From positions 35,878-99,877 of IMG/VR virus record IMGVR_UViG_3300045998_000148: a DNA stretch of 64,000 nucleotides, one strand, 5' to 3'. Shown one piece after another: positions 20,674 through 29,131 of the stretch (position 1 is the stretch's first letter; each line of letters opens with the position of its first letter). The notes under the pieces were generated by a model. It searched no databases. It worked only from the letters and a program-made list of their open reading frames with translations, and had not been told where the DNA came from. Origin of the DNA: a virus. Position numbers and translations under genes: made by a program.

Positions 20674-20730
20674 CGCCATCGGTGCAGTAATGCCGCAACA
20701 TCAAACCGCAAAACCGTTTAACCCTTAATA

Positions 20731-20825
20731 CCTTTGCCAGAAAAACCATAACTTTGCCAGAGGAAGCATAACTTTGCCAAAGGAACCATAAAACTTCCAA
20801 AACGGCAAAATTATGGTTCCTTTGG
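20731..20825. repeat. Three to four imperfect 20-bp direct repeats plus an inverted copy
   Basis: CTTTGCCAGAAAAACCATAA / CTTTGCCAGAGGAAGCATAA / CTTTGCCAAAGGAACCATAA, then TATGGTTCCTTTGGC. Confidence 0.7.
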
Positions 20826-20905
20826 CTGTCCCCGCACCCCGCAAAAAAAACCGATCGAATCTCGGCGACGATCGGCATACTCTCAAACGATTTAATTTCT
20901 ACATT

Positions 20906-21913
20906 TTAAACTTCTAGCGCAAGCATTTTTCTCAGCCCTTTCTTTTCAGCCACAAGCGAGTCAAATTCCAAGTCTGCAAACCCTTCGTACCACTCCGACC
21001 CCTTTGCCAGGTTTGCGACGATCGCGCCTCGGAGGGGGTTTGCCGAAACAAAACGCCTGCCTTCACTGTCGCTACCGCCCTTGTTTGGAAACATTTCCCG
21101 AATCCGTTCATAATCGGCAATATAGTCTTCCGTTGGGTGGGCTGTCTTCGCATCGACGATCGACGCAACGCGGTTGCTCGACCTCGAATAGAACTGATAG
21201 CCGTGGACGTACTGCTTATTGCGATCGCAGTAATCCGCACAGGCATCAATCAGGTTTGCCGCGACAAATCGATCGGCATCACAAGGCTTATTGAATTTGA
21301 TCGTCTCCAGGCTGACTATATCTGGACAAATCAGGCCGTAGCTGTATCTTCGCTTGTGTCCGAACTTTTCCTGAATTTGATAGAAACCCCAGGTTAGAGG
21401 AGAAAACAAGCTAGCGATCGCATTTTCAAACGACAACCGAATTCCGCTACTGGAATTGGGAATCGCAGTAGACTTCAGCGTAACCCCCTTCGCTCTCGCT
21501 TGAAACTTCAACTTTTTAGCAAAACCTTGATGGACGAACGACTTCAAAAACAACGTATTGAAAGCGATTTCTCCAAAAGGGGATTCGAGGGCGATCGCTT
21601 CAGGGTACAGCATGGGACGCGAGGCGGGCGATTGCAGTAAAGTCTCCAGCATCCCGATATGCGTTGTCAAATTACAACCAGGCAAAGAGATGATCCCGCC
21701 AGAGAGCCGGAAAGTCTGTCGAAACAGAAAATCCCAGGCTTCCACAAAATCGCCATCCCAAGAAACCTCAATTTTGGTTCGGTCTTTCTGCCACTGAAAG
21801 ACAGATTGCTCTTTAGGCAGAGATTCGAGGGCAAAGGCCAACCCCGCAATCCCGGCAGAAATATGACAGTCGCCAATAGAATGCGACAAAACATCAAAAG
21901 TCAATGAATTCAT
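20906..21913 (-). CDS. Orphan, C-terminally truncated Cas8 homologue (type I-MYXAN Cas8a1/Cmx1-like), 335 aa
   Basis: Colinear motifs recalled from cyanobacterial Cmx1: AGIAGL..AL, SWDG...WDFLFRQTF, ISLPG, H.G..ET.LQ, SFVHQGFA, ASLFSP, LICPDIVSLE, RGAIVANLAKG..WY..F, E.KGL.KM; start at 21913 with ATGA overlap and GGAGG RBS. Confidence 0.7.
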   Translation of the reverse strand: MNSLTFDVLSHSIGDCHISAGIAGLAFALESLPKEQSVFQWQKDRTKIEVSWDGDFVEAWDFLFRQTFRLSGGIISLPGCNLTTHIGMLETLLQSPASRPMLYPEAIALESPFGEIAFNTLFLKSFVHQGFAKKLKFQARAKGVTLKSTAIPNSSSGIRLSFENAIASLFSPLTWGFYQIQEKFGHKRRYSYGLICPDIVSLETIKFNKPCDADRFVAANLIDACADYCDRNKQYVHGYQFYSRSSNRVASIVDAKTAHPTEDYIADYERIREMFPNKGGSDSEGRRFVSANPLRGAIVANLAKGSEWYEGFADLEFDSLVAEKKGLRKMLALEV

Positions 21914-22290
21914 GCTGCTACCGCCTCCACTTCCCGACTCTCCCGCAAAAGCTCGGAAAAATCCGGCATATTCGACAGCCCGCTTTTTTTCCAGGCAAAC
22001 TGCCGGTTGTTTCCCATCACCCAATAGAGGCCATTCGTCAAAAAAACGGCGGCATAGGGATAGCCATCGTCTTCCGGGCATCCAGCCGCCGCCCGTAATT
22101 CCTTGCCAAAATCGTAGGGCGATTCAAATTCTGTACTGACCACCTCCTCGAAAATGAATTTGTCGAGCTGCGCCGGAAAGTGCGCGTTAATCCACCGATT
22201 GTCGGCGATCGCAATCCCCAACTTTTGCACGAAATCCAAATAAGCCGTGGCGTTTGCCTTAGCATCAGACTTATAAACGTAAACGGTCAT
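21910..22290 (-). CDS. Hypothetical protein coupled to the cas8-like gene
   Basis: AAGGAG RBS; stop overlaps the cas8-like ATG. Confidence 0.7.
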   Translation of the reverse strand: MTVYVYKSDAKANATAYLDFVQKLGIAIADNRWINAHFPAQLDKFIFEEVVSTEFESPYDFGKELRAAAGCPEDDGYPYAAVFLTNGLYWVMGNNRQFAWKKSGLSNMPDFSELLRESREVEAVAA

Positions 22291-22337
22291 TGCCTTACTC
22301 CTTTTTTTTCGTTTTTGCCGACAGGTCGAGATGGCTC

Positions 22338-22853
22338 CTAAATTTGCGCTGCGATGTTCCGTACTTCTGACGGCTTGGTGAGACTTTCTGGAACTTCCAG
22401 ACTGGAGGAACTATCCCCCAGCTTGAAAACCCGCTCGACTTCCCTCAGCGTCTCTTCGCCACAAGTGGGACGCTTCCAAAACCGCTCAGTAGCATCGATC
22501 GCAGCCATCGCCTCCAAAGAATTGAAGTTTGCAAGCTTTTCCAGCAGCTCGTGACGATCTGCACCCCACTTCGCATCCAACCCGTTCTCCTCGATCGCCG
22601 ATTCGACCGAAAGCAACAGCGCCGCATCTGGCGACAGACAGGGATCGAAAAATTCCCCATTGAGGGCATCGCAAAGCAGCAGGGCTTCATTGCGATTGAG
22701 CGACAATTTTTTAAGCGATCGATCGACCAAGGCATAATACCTCGCGAGATCTGACTGCGCCTGAACTCCCAAGGAAGCGCCCCACTTGACGCGATCGCTC
22801 AAGTTTTCTTGGAGCGCCTTGTTTAGACGGAAAGAGACACTGGGACTGGGCAT
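22338..22853 (-). CDS. Putative ribbon-helix-helix DNA-binding protein, first gene of the cas8-like operon
   Basis: N-terminal SVSFRL beta-strand followed by two helices; AAGGAG RBS. Confidence 0.55.
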   Translation of the reverse strand: MPSPSVSFRLNKALQENLSDRVKWGASLGVQAQSDLARYYALVDRSLKKLSLNRNEALLLCDALNGEFFDPCLSPDAALLLSVESAIEENGLDAKWGADRHELLEKLANFNSLEAMAAIDATERFWKRPTCGEETLREVERVFKLGDSSSSLEVPESLTKPSEVRNIAAQI

Positions 22854-22877
22854 TACGGACTCCTTTTCTTTTGCTCC

Positions 22878-22906
22878 ACTGTATTCCAACTGCCCACAGT
22901 TGTCAA
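22878..22906 (-). promoter_or_regulatory. sigma70-type promoter TTGACA-N17-TACAGT with an overlapping CAACTG-N4-CAGTTG palindrome
   Basis: Minus strand reads TTGACA actgtgggcagttggaa TACAGT just upstream of the operon. Confidence 0.65.
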
Positions 22907-22970
22907 CGCCTGCCTACAGCTATCTTTGTCCTGCTGATTTTGCAGCGCGATCGCCCCCGCTTCCGCCAGG

Positions 22971-23178
22971 GATTTATTGTCTACTTACCGACTTTATTAT
23001 CTATTTACCGACTTTATTATCTATTTACCGACTTTATTATCTATTATTTGCCGAATTACCTACTTACCGACTTTATTATCTATTTACCGACTTTATTATC
23101 TATTTGCCGAAGTATTTATTTACTGACTTTATTACCTACTTGCCAACTTTATTATCTATTTACCGACTTTATTATCTT
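22971..23178. repeat. AT-rich 20-bp tandem repeats (CTATTTACCGACTTTATTAT), roughly 9-10 copies, iteron-like
   Basis: Visible perfect and degenerate copies in intergenic DNA. Confidence 0.85.
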
Positions 23179-23197
23179 GCGTTTTTCAAAGAAAGCG

Positions 23198-24352
23198 CTA
23201 GTCGTTGAAAACTTCAGCAGGGTCGAGATATTCGAGTTCCGCCTGAATCTCCGAAATATCGCGTTCCTCGTGGGCGTGGGGGAATCCATTCTCGTCGAAA
23301 CGATCGTCGCGTTCGGATTCGACGATCGAGGGCAGGATATCGTTAGGGAGAAAAGAAGCGCCCGCCCCAGCGCGAATGCAATCGCGATCGATCTGATCGA
23401 TCATCAGCTCGAAGACCTTATTCAACCCGATCGCTTCGAGGAAATTGCGCTTGGCGACCTCATTAGAGTCGTTATTCTGCCGGATCGCGTAGGCCAATTT
23501 ACTAAGATGTCCCATCATCGCCCCGGTCTTGCTGAGCGTTTCGTTAGAAATTTCACCCTGACTCAACTGCGTCATCCAGACAGGCTCGATCGTCTCGTCG
23601 TACTTAACCTGCGGCAACAGGGTAGACAGGATGCCCTGAAAGCTCTCGTTCATCTGGCGGAGCCGCTTCCACTGCTCGATAAAAGCCTCGTAGAACTCTT
23701 CCAATTCCCGAATATAGGAGCGCTGCCTGTAGATACTCTCCCAAATCGGAACGTGCGACTCCATCCACTGCTTGAAAAACCGACCTCGATAAGCCCAAAA
23801 ATAATTTTCGTACCACCGCACCGTTGTCCTGAGATGGCTCTCGACCTTGGCAGAAATATCGACCTCCAAATCGCAATTATAAAAAGCAATGTCATTTTTT
23901 ACCTGCTTCAAGAACTCGATCGCGACGTATTTATAGCGCGGCATATTTTCGGGCAGCCGCTTGTAAAAACTAAAACAGTAAATCTTAAACGCCCGATACG
24001 CCGCCGCCGATTCGGTCGGATAGGGCGGAATGGGGAACTCGGCAAAAACAATTGACTTGTAATCCGAACGTGCAACGGCACGGGCGAGATTCCGATCGCC
24101 TGCAATGAAGCGAAGGGGATGCTCCTCCGGCAGCCCGCCGCCTGCACTATCGAGGTCGCCCGTATCGAGGCGATCCAAGACGCCTTCGTGGTGAAAGCCC
24201 AAATCCTCCGGCGATATCTGTAGGATATCCCGCCGCCGCGCACTGCCCTTTACTGCCCGTTCGCCGCCCTTCGCCTTGCGCCCTGCCGACTTCTCTTGCG
24301 AAGCAGGCGCTCCCGACCCCTCGCCGTATTCTTGCCGCCTAGATCGAGGCAT
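23198..24352 (-). CDS. Hypothetical protein (possible terminase-small-subunit-like segment)
   Basis: ESAAAYRAFKIYC resembles ESxxAYxAF motifs of some TerS-like proteins; weak. Confidence 0.45.
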   Translation of the reverse strand: MPRSRRQEYGEGSGAPASQEKSAGRKAKGGERAVKGSARRRDILQISPEDLGFHHEGVLDRLDTGDLDSAGGGLPEEHPLRFIAGDRNLARAVARSDYKSIVFAEFPIPPYPTESAAAYRAFKIYCFSFYKRLPENMPRYKYVAIEFLKQVKNDIAFYNCDLEVDISAKVESHLRTTVRWYENYFWAYRGRFFKQWMESHVPIWESIYRQRSYIRELEEFYEAFIEQWKRLRQMNESFQGILSTLLPQVKYDETIEPVWMTQLSQGEISNETLSKTGAMMGHLSKLAYAIRQNNDSNEVAKRNFLEAIGLNKVFELMIDQIDRDCIRAGAGASFLPNDILPSIVESERDDRFDENGFPHAHEERDISEIQAELEYLDPAEVFND

Positions 24353-24863
24353 TTTGACGCACCGCCCTTTTAACCTCTTCTTCCGTAAGACAGCTCGCCT
24401 TCTCCCCTCGCCACCGAGAGCGATAAAGCCCGTCTAGCACCTCGCGGACGGTTTCAGCAACGGCATCCCCCTCCAACTCTCCAGGCGCGACCAGCCGATC
24501 CATCTCGGCGGGCGAGGCGATCGCGATGCGAACCGCGTACTTCGCGCCCTGCGGCATCGCGACCGCAAATTCATTGCGCCCCAAATCCTCGCTATCCAAA
24601 TTTTCCAGCGCCTCTCCGATGGCCTGCCTCAATCGCAGCAAGCCGAGGCGATCGCCTACTATATACGCGCAAAACTCCTCGCCTTCCCCAAGGGGCGAGG
24701 CATAAACGTATAAAATATCGTCTCTCAATTTTTTGTATTTCACCGCTATTTCCCTGCCACTCGTTTCGGCAATTATAGCCTCAAAAAAAACCCCCTTGAC
24801 GATTTGGAGCGATCGCCGTACTATCTTGATGTCGAAAGACCGCAAAAAAGAATACAAATACAT
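24339..24863 (-). CDS. Hypothetical protein
   Basis: Overlaps the start of the downstream ORF; start codon uncertain. Confidence 0.45.
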   Translation of the reverse strand: MYLYSFLRSFDIKIVRRSLQIVKGVFFEAIIAETSGREIAVKYKKLRDDILYVYASPLGEGEEFCAYIVGDRLGLLRLRQAIGEALENLDSEDLGRNEFAVAMPQGAKYAVRIAIASPAEMDRLVAPGELEGDAVAETVREVLDGLYRSRWRGEKASCLTEEEVKRAVRQNASI

Positions 24864-24977
24864 ACTATGACCGAGATTGTTGCATCGTCCCTGCCCGTTT
24901 CGTCCCCATCAACGCAAAAGCGCCCAACCGATAGGCAGTTGAGACGCTTTGCAGGAAAAACTCGCGAGAAACAAGTC

Positions 24978-25012
24978 GTTTCCATTCAATTGGTATCCCC
25001 CCGAAGGGGAAT
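24978..25012 (-). CRISPR. Solitary CRISPR-repeat-like unit (not an array)
   Basis: Minus strand ATTCCCCTTCGGGGGGATACCAATTGAATGGAAAC: 5' hairpin plus AATTGAATGGAAAC 3' end typical of cyanobacterial repeats; single copy. Confidence 0.55.
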
Positions 25013-25150
25013 TTCAAAGTAGCCAACTATCAAGAGATCGACCGACGAAATCGAGGTATTTGGAGACTTTGACAACTTATGCAGCCCGTGTAGTAGCCGA
25101 ATAAGCCGGAGCCGATAAGCTTTAGCCGAGGAGCTTCAGCAAATCTAAAA

Positions 25151-27352
25151 ATGATAGTAGCCGATAAGTTTACACCCTGTCAAGACATTGCCCTGCCGAC
25201 CGATCGGACAGTGCGACTGCACGGCGGCATCCTGGCAGCAGGCGGCCCATATCTAAAGCTGTGGTACGCCCTGCGCTGGCTCGACACCAAAGGCAGCGGA
25301 CGCCTCACCCTCCCCGCCAAGGCGATCGCCGACCTCTGCGGGCTATCGACCAAGACGCTGTACCGCCACCTACGCGAAGGCCGCGCCGTAGGAGCATTCC
25401 TGCGCTATCGCCTCAAGAAAGGCGTCCTGACCGTAGAAATGGGCAGCAGGGCGCGGCTGACGGTTCACCTCGGCATCGAAGACTGGGGCAACACCGCCAG
25501 CTACCCCATCGACGAATTTTTAACAAATTTTTACACGATCGCGGCGACTCGCCTCACCGCCGCCGTCAAGCAAAAACAGGCTTACCATGCTGCCTGCCAG
25601 CAGCACGTTAAGGGAGTCGTGCCGCCAGAAAGCGCGATCGCGATGGCAAGAGAGCGGTGCGAACCCGGCGAGGTTTCCAAGTCCCCGACTGTCGAGGTTT
25701 CCTCGACAGCTCGTGCGGGACGCTCGCCAGGGGAAAGCGCACCAAGAGAAAGCCATGCGGAATCGGCGAAAACGGAAGACCTGCTCAGTACGAGCAAATC
25801 CCCCAGTAGCGAAGCAAACTCGCTTATAAAAATACGCTGTGAGAACGGGGATCAGCGGGTCGCGCACCATTTTCTCGACGTCCGCTTGCAAGAGTTCGAT
25901 GGCGCTGAAGATATCTCAACGCATCGAGACGACAGATCACCTCTATACCCGCGAAAGATAATAACGCCAGAACTTGTCAGTTTTCCCGATTGCGCGGAAA
26001 ATACGGTCGATGACAGGCTCTCATCCCAAGCGAATATCCCCCCTATCCATAGAGAGGAGTCTATGGAAAACGCCATTACCACGGCGTCAGTCTGGGGTTT
26101 TTTATTTGGAAAAAAGCGATTCTCAATAAGAGGAAAATCTTGTTTTTTTGCAAATGGAGCGGTACAAAGGCCGCCTGCAATTTTTTTCATTTCCAAAAAG
26201 AAAATCTTCGTTACGGGCAGTGCAAAGATCGCCGCTACTTCGCAAGAAAGTATCGCCGAGGCAATCGGGCGCTCAAAAAAAACGGTAAACAGGCACTTGA
26301 AGGCGGTTTTCAAGCGTCAGTATTGCCAATCAAACCCGAAAGTATTTTCACAAATTCAGCGCCAAACTCGCACCGGAGAAACCTTCTACGACCCGGAAAT
26401 CCTGGCTGAAATGACCCCAAACGGCGAAAAAGTAGCGCACTTGCGCGAAAAGATAGTACGTCGGGCGAGGTTGGAGAAGGGGCGCTGTTTCCAGTTCGAG
26501 GGCGAATTGGGCAGGGTTTTGGGCGATCGCAATGCTTTTATCAATAGACAGAGCATTTACGACCTACCCTATATCGTCCACAGCACGAGGACGGCAAAGC
26601 GGTACTTCCGGCGGAAATTCAATGTTTCTGCCGTAGAAGGCTACAGTAACGACTTTAGGCTCAATCCCGAGCGCGATCGCCTCTGCCGCAGCAACCCCTT
26701 CCGAAGGGGTATCCCCTACCGGGGGATGTACGAGCATCACTTCGAGGCTTGCCAAACCCTTAAAGGAAGCGATGTTTCGGGAATTGCGACTGCCGAACTC
26801 GCTTCCGCCGAACTCGTTTCTGCCGCCCCGCCCGCAAAACCCGTCTCGCCTGCAAGAGGGGCAAAAGCCGCGATCGACACTCTCATCGCGGACACCGAGA
26901 GCGCCTTACAGGGGCTTCCTGATTCAAAAGGTACTAACGCCTTGGCCGCAGCGAGGGAGGCGGTAAGGGCGGCATTCTACCGCTCGCAGGATGGCGATCG
27001 CGATTCCTTTAAAGCCCTCATCGAAGGGCGAATCGCCCTGCACTATTTCGACCTGACCGAAGGCGATCGCCAGCCCTTAATCGAAGCCCTGCTCGAAATT
27101 ATTGCCGATTTCACGGCGAGGACGGCGCTATTTCTCGCTCTAGCTCCCGAATGCTATGAACTATCGCCGAGCAGCGCGACCAATTTTGGACTGTGGGAAA
27201 CTGAAGGTGTAGAGGGATGCGATCGCTTACTCAATTCAATCGATTTTATTAATTTTTTTGAATATTTAATTTCGATTGGATTTTGTTTTGGGAAAGAGCT
27301 TGAAGTGCTGGCTTCCGCCGCTTGGAACTGGGGGAGCCGCAGCCTATCGTAA
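25151..27352 (+). CDS. Large HTH-containing protein, candidate replication initiator or regulator
   Basis: Two HTH-like segments (AKAIADLCGLSTKTLYRHL; SQESIAEAIGRSKKTVNRHL); carries a split copy of the 51-bp repeat. Confidence 0.5.
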   Translation: MIVADKFTPCQDIALPTDRTVRLHGGILAAGGPYLKLWYALRWLDTKGSGRLTLPAKAIADLCGLSTKTLYRHLREGRAVGAFLRYRLKKGVLTVEMGSRARLTVHLGIEDWGNTASYPIDEFLTNFYTIAATRLTAAVKQKQAYHAACQQHVKGVVPPESAIAMARERCEPGEVSKSPTVEVSSTARAGRSPGESAPRESHAESAKTEDLLSTSKSPSSEANSLIKIRCENGDQRVAHHFLDVRLQEFDGAEDISTHRDDRSPLYPRKIITPELVSFPDCAENTVDDRLSSQANIPPIHREESMENAITTASVWGFLFGKKRFSIRGKSCFFANGAVQRPPAIFFISKKKIFVTGSAKIAATSQESIAEAIGRSKKTVNRHLKAVFKRQYCQSNPKVFSQIQRQTRTGETFYDPEILAEMTPNGEKVAHLREKIVRRARLEKGRCFQFEGELGRVLGDRNAFINRQSIYDLPYIVHSTRTAKRYFRRKFNVSAVEGYSNDFRLNPERDRLCRSNPFRRGIPYRGMYEHHFEACQTLKGSDVSGIATAELASAELVSAAPPAKPVSPARGAKAAIDTLIADTESALQGLPDSKGTNALAAAREAVRAAFYRSQDGDRDSFKALIEGRIALHYFDLTEGDRQPLIEALLEIIADFTARTALFLALAPECYELSPSSATNFGLWETEGVEGCDRLLNSIDFINFFEYLISIGFCFGKELEVLASAAWNWGSRSLS

Positions 27353-27430
27353 AAGGAAGACATTTTTGAGAAAAAATCGGCCTTGCGCCCGCCGTGCTGC
27401 CACGCGGCAGCTTAGAGCGTCCGAACGCCG

Positions 27431-27934
27431 CTAGACGAGCAGGACGATCGTACAGCGGGGAGGCAGCTTGCGGTCGTAGCGAAGCCTGCCCCCCCACAAG
27501 GGGATGCAGTTGAGGTTGTCGTTGCGGAGGACGCCGCCCTGTACGAGGGCATCCCAAATGCCGCCCTCGACGTTATCGCCGTCCTGGGCGCGACTGCACT
27601 TGCCCGATAGCTCGATGAAAAGGCCGCTTGCCCTGGCGATGGGTTCGAGGCCGCCCTGTTCTCGGTATTGCACTCGCAGCTCCCAGGCGGCTTTTTCCTT
27701 CCACTGGCCGTACCCGCCCTGGTAGTAGGCGATCGAGCGACCGCCCGCCCTCGCAATTTGCGCCCGCTGTTTGGCGACTGGGTTTCCCTCCAGCTCGAAA
27801 CGGTACGTCGCTGCCGGATTTCCTTCAGCGGCTAGCAGCGCCCGAAAAAAGGCGATCGTCCTGTCCGCCGTCCGGTCGAACGGCTTTCCTCCTGCCTTGC
27901 GCCTGCCGCCGCCCGTATATCTGGATCTATACAT
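27431..27934 (-). CDS. rusA: RusA-family Holliday junction resolvase
   Basis: GNPVAKQR and DGDNVEGGIWDALVQGGVLRND motifs. Confidence 0.75.
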   Translation of the reverse strand: MYRSRYTGGGRRKAGGKPFDRTADRTIAFFRALLAAEGNPAATYRFELEGNPVAKQRAQIARAGGRSIAYYQGGYGQWKEKAAWELRVQYREQGGLEPIARASGLFIELSGKCSRAQDGDNVEGGIWDALVQGGVLRNDNLNCIPLWGGRLRYDRKLPPRCTIVLLV

Positions 27935-28481
27935 TCACCTGTCTGTGGCCTGCGCCCGTCCTACTTTTTTGGCGCAGTTCTTTTGTGGGAAGCTTGAGAG
28001 TTTCGAGCGCGTGCAAATAGGCTTGGTGAGCCTTATCGGGGGTAGGAAAACAGCCTAAATACAAGACCTTGCCATCGTGCCGGATCTGCGCCTTGAAGGG
28101 ATTGAGTCGGCTGCGGTTCGGGCTGACTCCCTTGTATCCAGTCGAGTTATGGTGTTTTGCCTCTAACTCCAGCCGCGATATTTTTTGCGACATCGGGAGG
28201 AGGCGGAGGTTGTCGCGCTGGCAGTTTAGCTTATTGCCGTCGAGCCATTCGATACACTGAGTACGATCCCACAGCCGTTCCTCGCAGCCGAGGACTTCGG
28301 CGTACATCGGCAGGTTGCGAATCTTGCCGTCCTTTTTGGCTTGGCGAATTACGATTTCTAGGATGGTCGTCGTCCAAGTGTAGGCGTTCAATTTTTCGTA
28401 GAGGTCGTCGTCTACCAATACGGACGATCCGACGAGCCTTCCCTTTCTCAAGATGATTTCAGCCATTTTCCGGTCAATCAA
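27927..28481 (-). CDS. HNH-AP2 domain protein (HNH degenerate)
   Basis: DGNKLNCQRDNLR plus AP2 segment STGYKGVS...FKAQIRHDGK.LYLGCF.T...A..AY. Confidence 0.8.
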   Translation of the reverse strand: MIDRKMAEIILRKGRLVGSSVLVDDDLYEKLNAYTWTTTILEIVIRQAKKDGKIRNLPMYAEVLGCEERLWDRTQCIEWLDGNKLNCQRDNLRLLPMSQKISRLELEAKHHNSTGYKGVSPNRSRLNPFKAQIRHDGKVLYLGCFPTPDKAHQAYLHALETLKLPTKELRQKSRTGAGHRQVNV

Positions 28482-28492
28482 ATTTTTTTAGC

Positions 28493-29131
28493 TTAAAAAT
28501 TCGGCGGCAGCAGGATTTTGGCAACTTCTTTTACCTGGCTGGCCGCCATCCAGACGATCGCGCTGCCGCAGGCGATGGGGAGCGCATTCTTGTTTTTCAG
28601 CTTTTGCGGTGCATTGTGGTAGCCGTCCCTTGCATTTACCTTGGCGACCGTACCGTACATTTTTTTGTCGGCCTGCTTCCAGCAGACTTCCGTTCCGACC
28701 GGGAGGGCGGTCGGATACAGGTCGCAAGCCCGCGACTGATAGCCCGTCGCAGTACAGCTCGGGTCGCAGCACTTGGCGGGCGTCCCCGGTATGGCTATCG
28801 GCTTGCCGCACGGACAGCGCCCAAACCGATAGCGGGCGATCGCATCCAATAGGGAAGGGGGGAATCCCTTCAGACTGGCATTCAGGTTGGCATTCAGGCA
28901 ACGGTCGTCACCTCCGAGGGCGCTTGTCGTGTCTCGATTGGCAGGGGTCGGCATTCCTTGGCTGTCCGGGCGGCTTGGAGCGGACGCCGAATCCGCTCGA
29001 CTTGTATTGCCTCTTGCAGGCGTTTTTCGTTCTTCTGGGCATTGGCGATCGCTTCGAGCTTTCCTTCGCTCGATTGTCCCCAATATCTCTTGTCGTCTTT
29101 CTTGGCTGAGTCCCTCGGGATGGCTATCCAT
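28493..29131 (-). CDS. Hypothetical Cys-rich protein, start uncertain
   Basis: CPCG...CCDPSC cluster and SH3/KOW-like C-terminus; 5' part overlaps the upstream gene. Confidence 0.35.
   Translation of the reverse strand: MDSHPEGLSQERRQEILGTIERRKARSDRQCPEERKTPARGNTSRADSASAPSRPDSQGMPTPANRDTTSALGGDDRCLNANLNASLKGFPPSLLDAIARYRFGRCPCGKPIAIPGTPAKCCDPSCTATGYQSRACDLYPTALPVGTEVCWKQADKKMYGTVAKVNARDGYHNAPQKLKNKNALPIACGSAIVWMAASQVKEVAKILLPPNF

Noticed and set aside
22971-23178. 20-bp array as the CRISPR array for the cas8-like gene
   Set aside because: No spacers, no hairpin and no resemblance to type I-MYXAN repeats
22871-24055. 394-aa plus-strand ORF (and 22786-23208)
   Set aside because: Runs through the 20-bp repeat and antisense to the 23198-24352 gene; low-complexity translation
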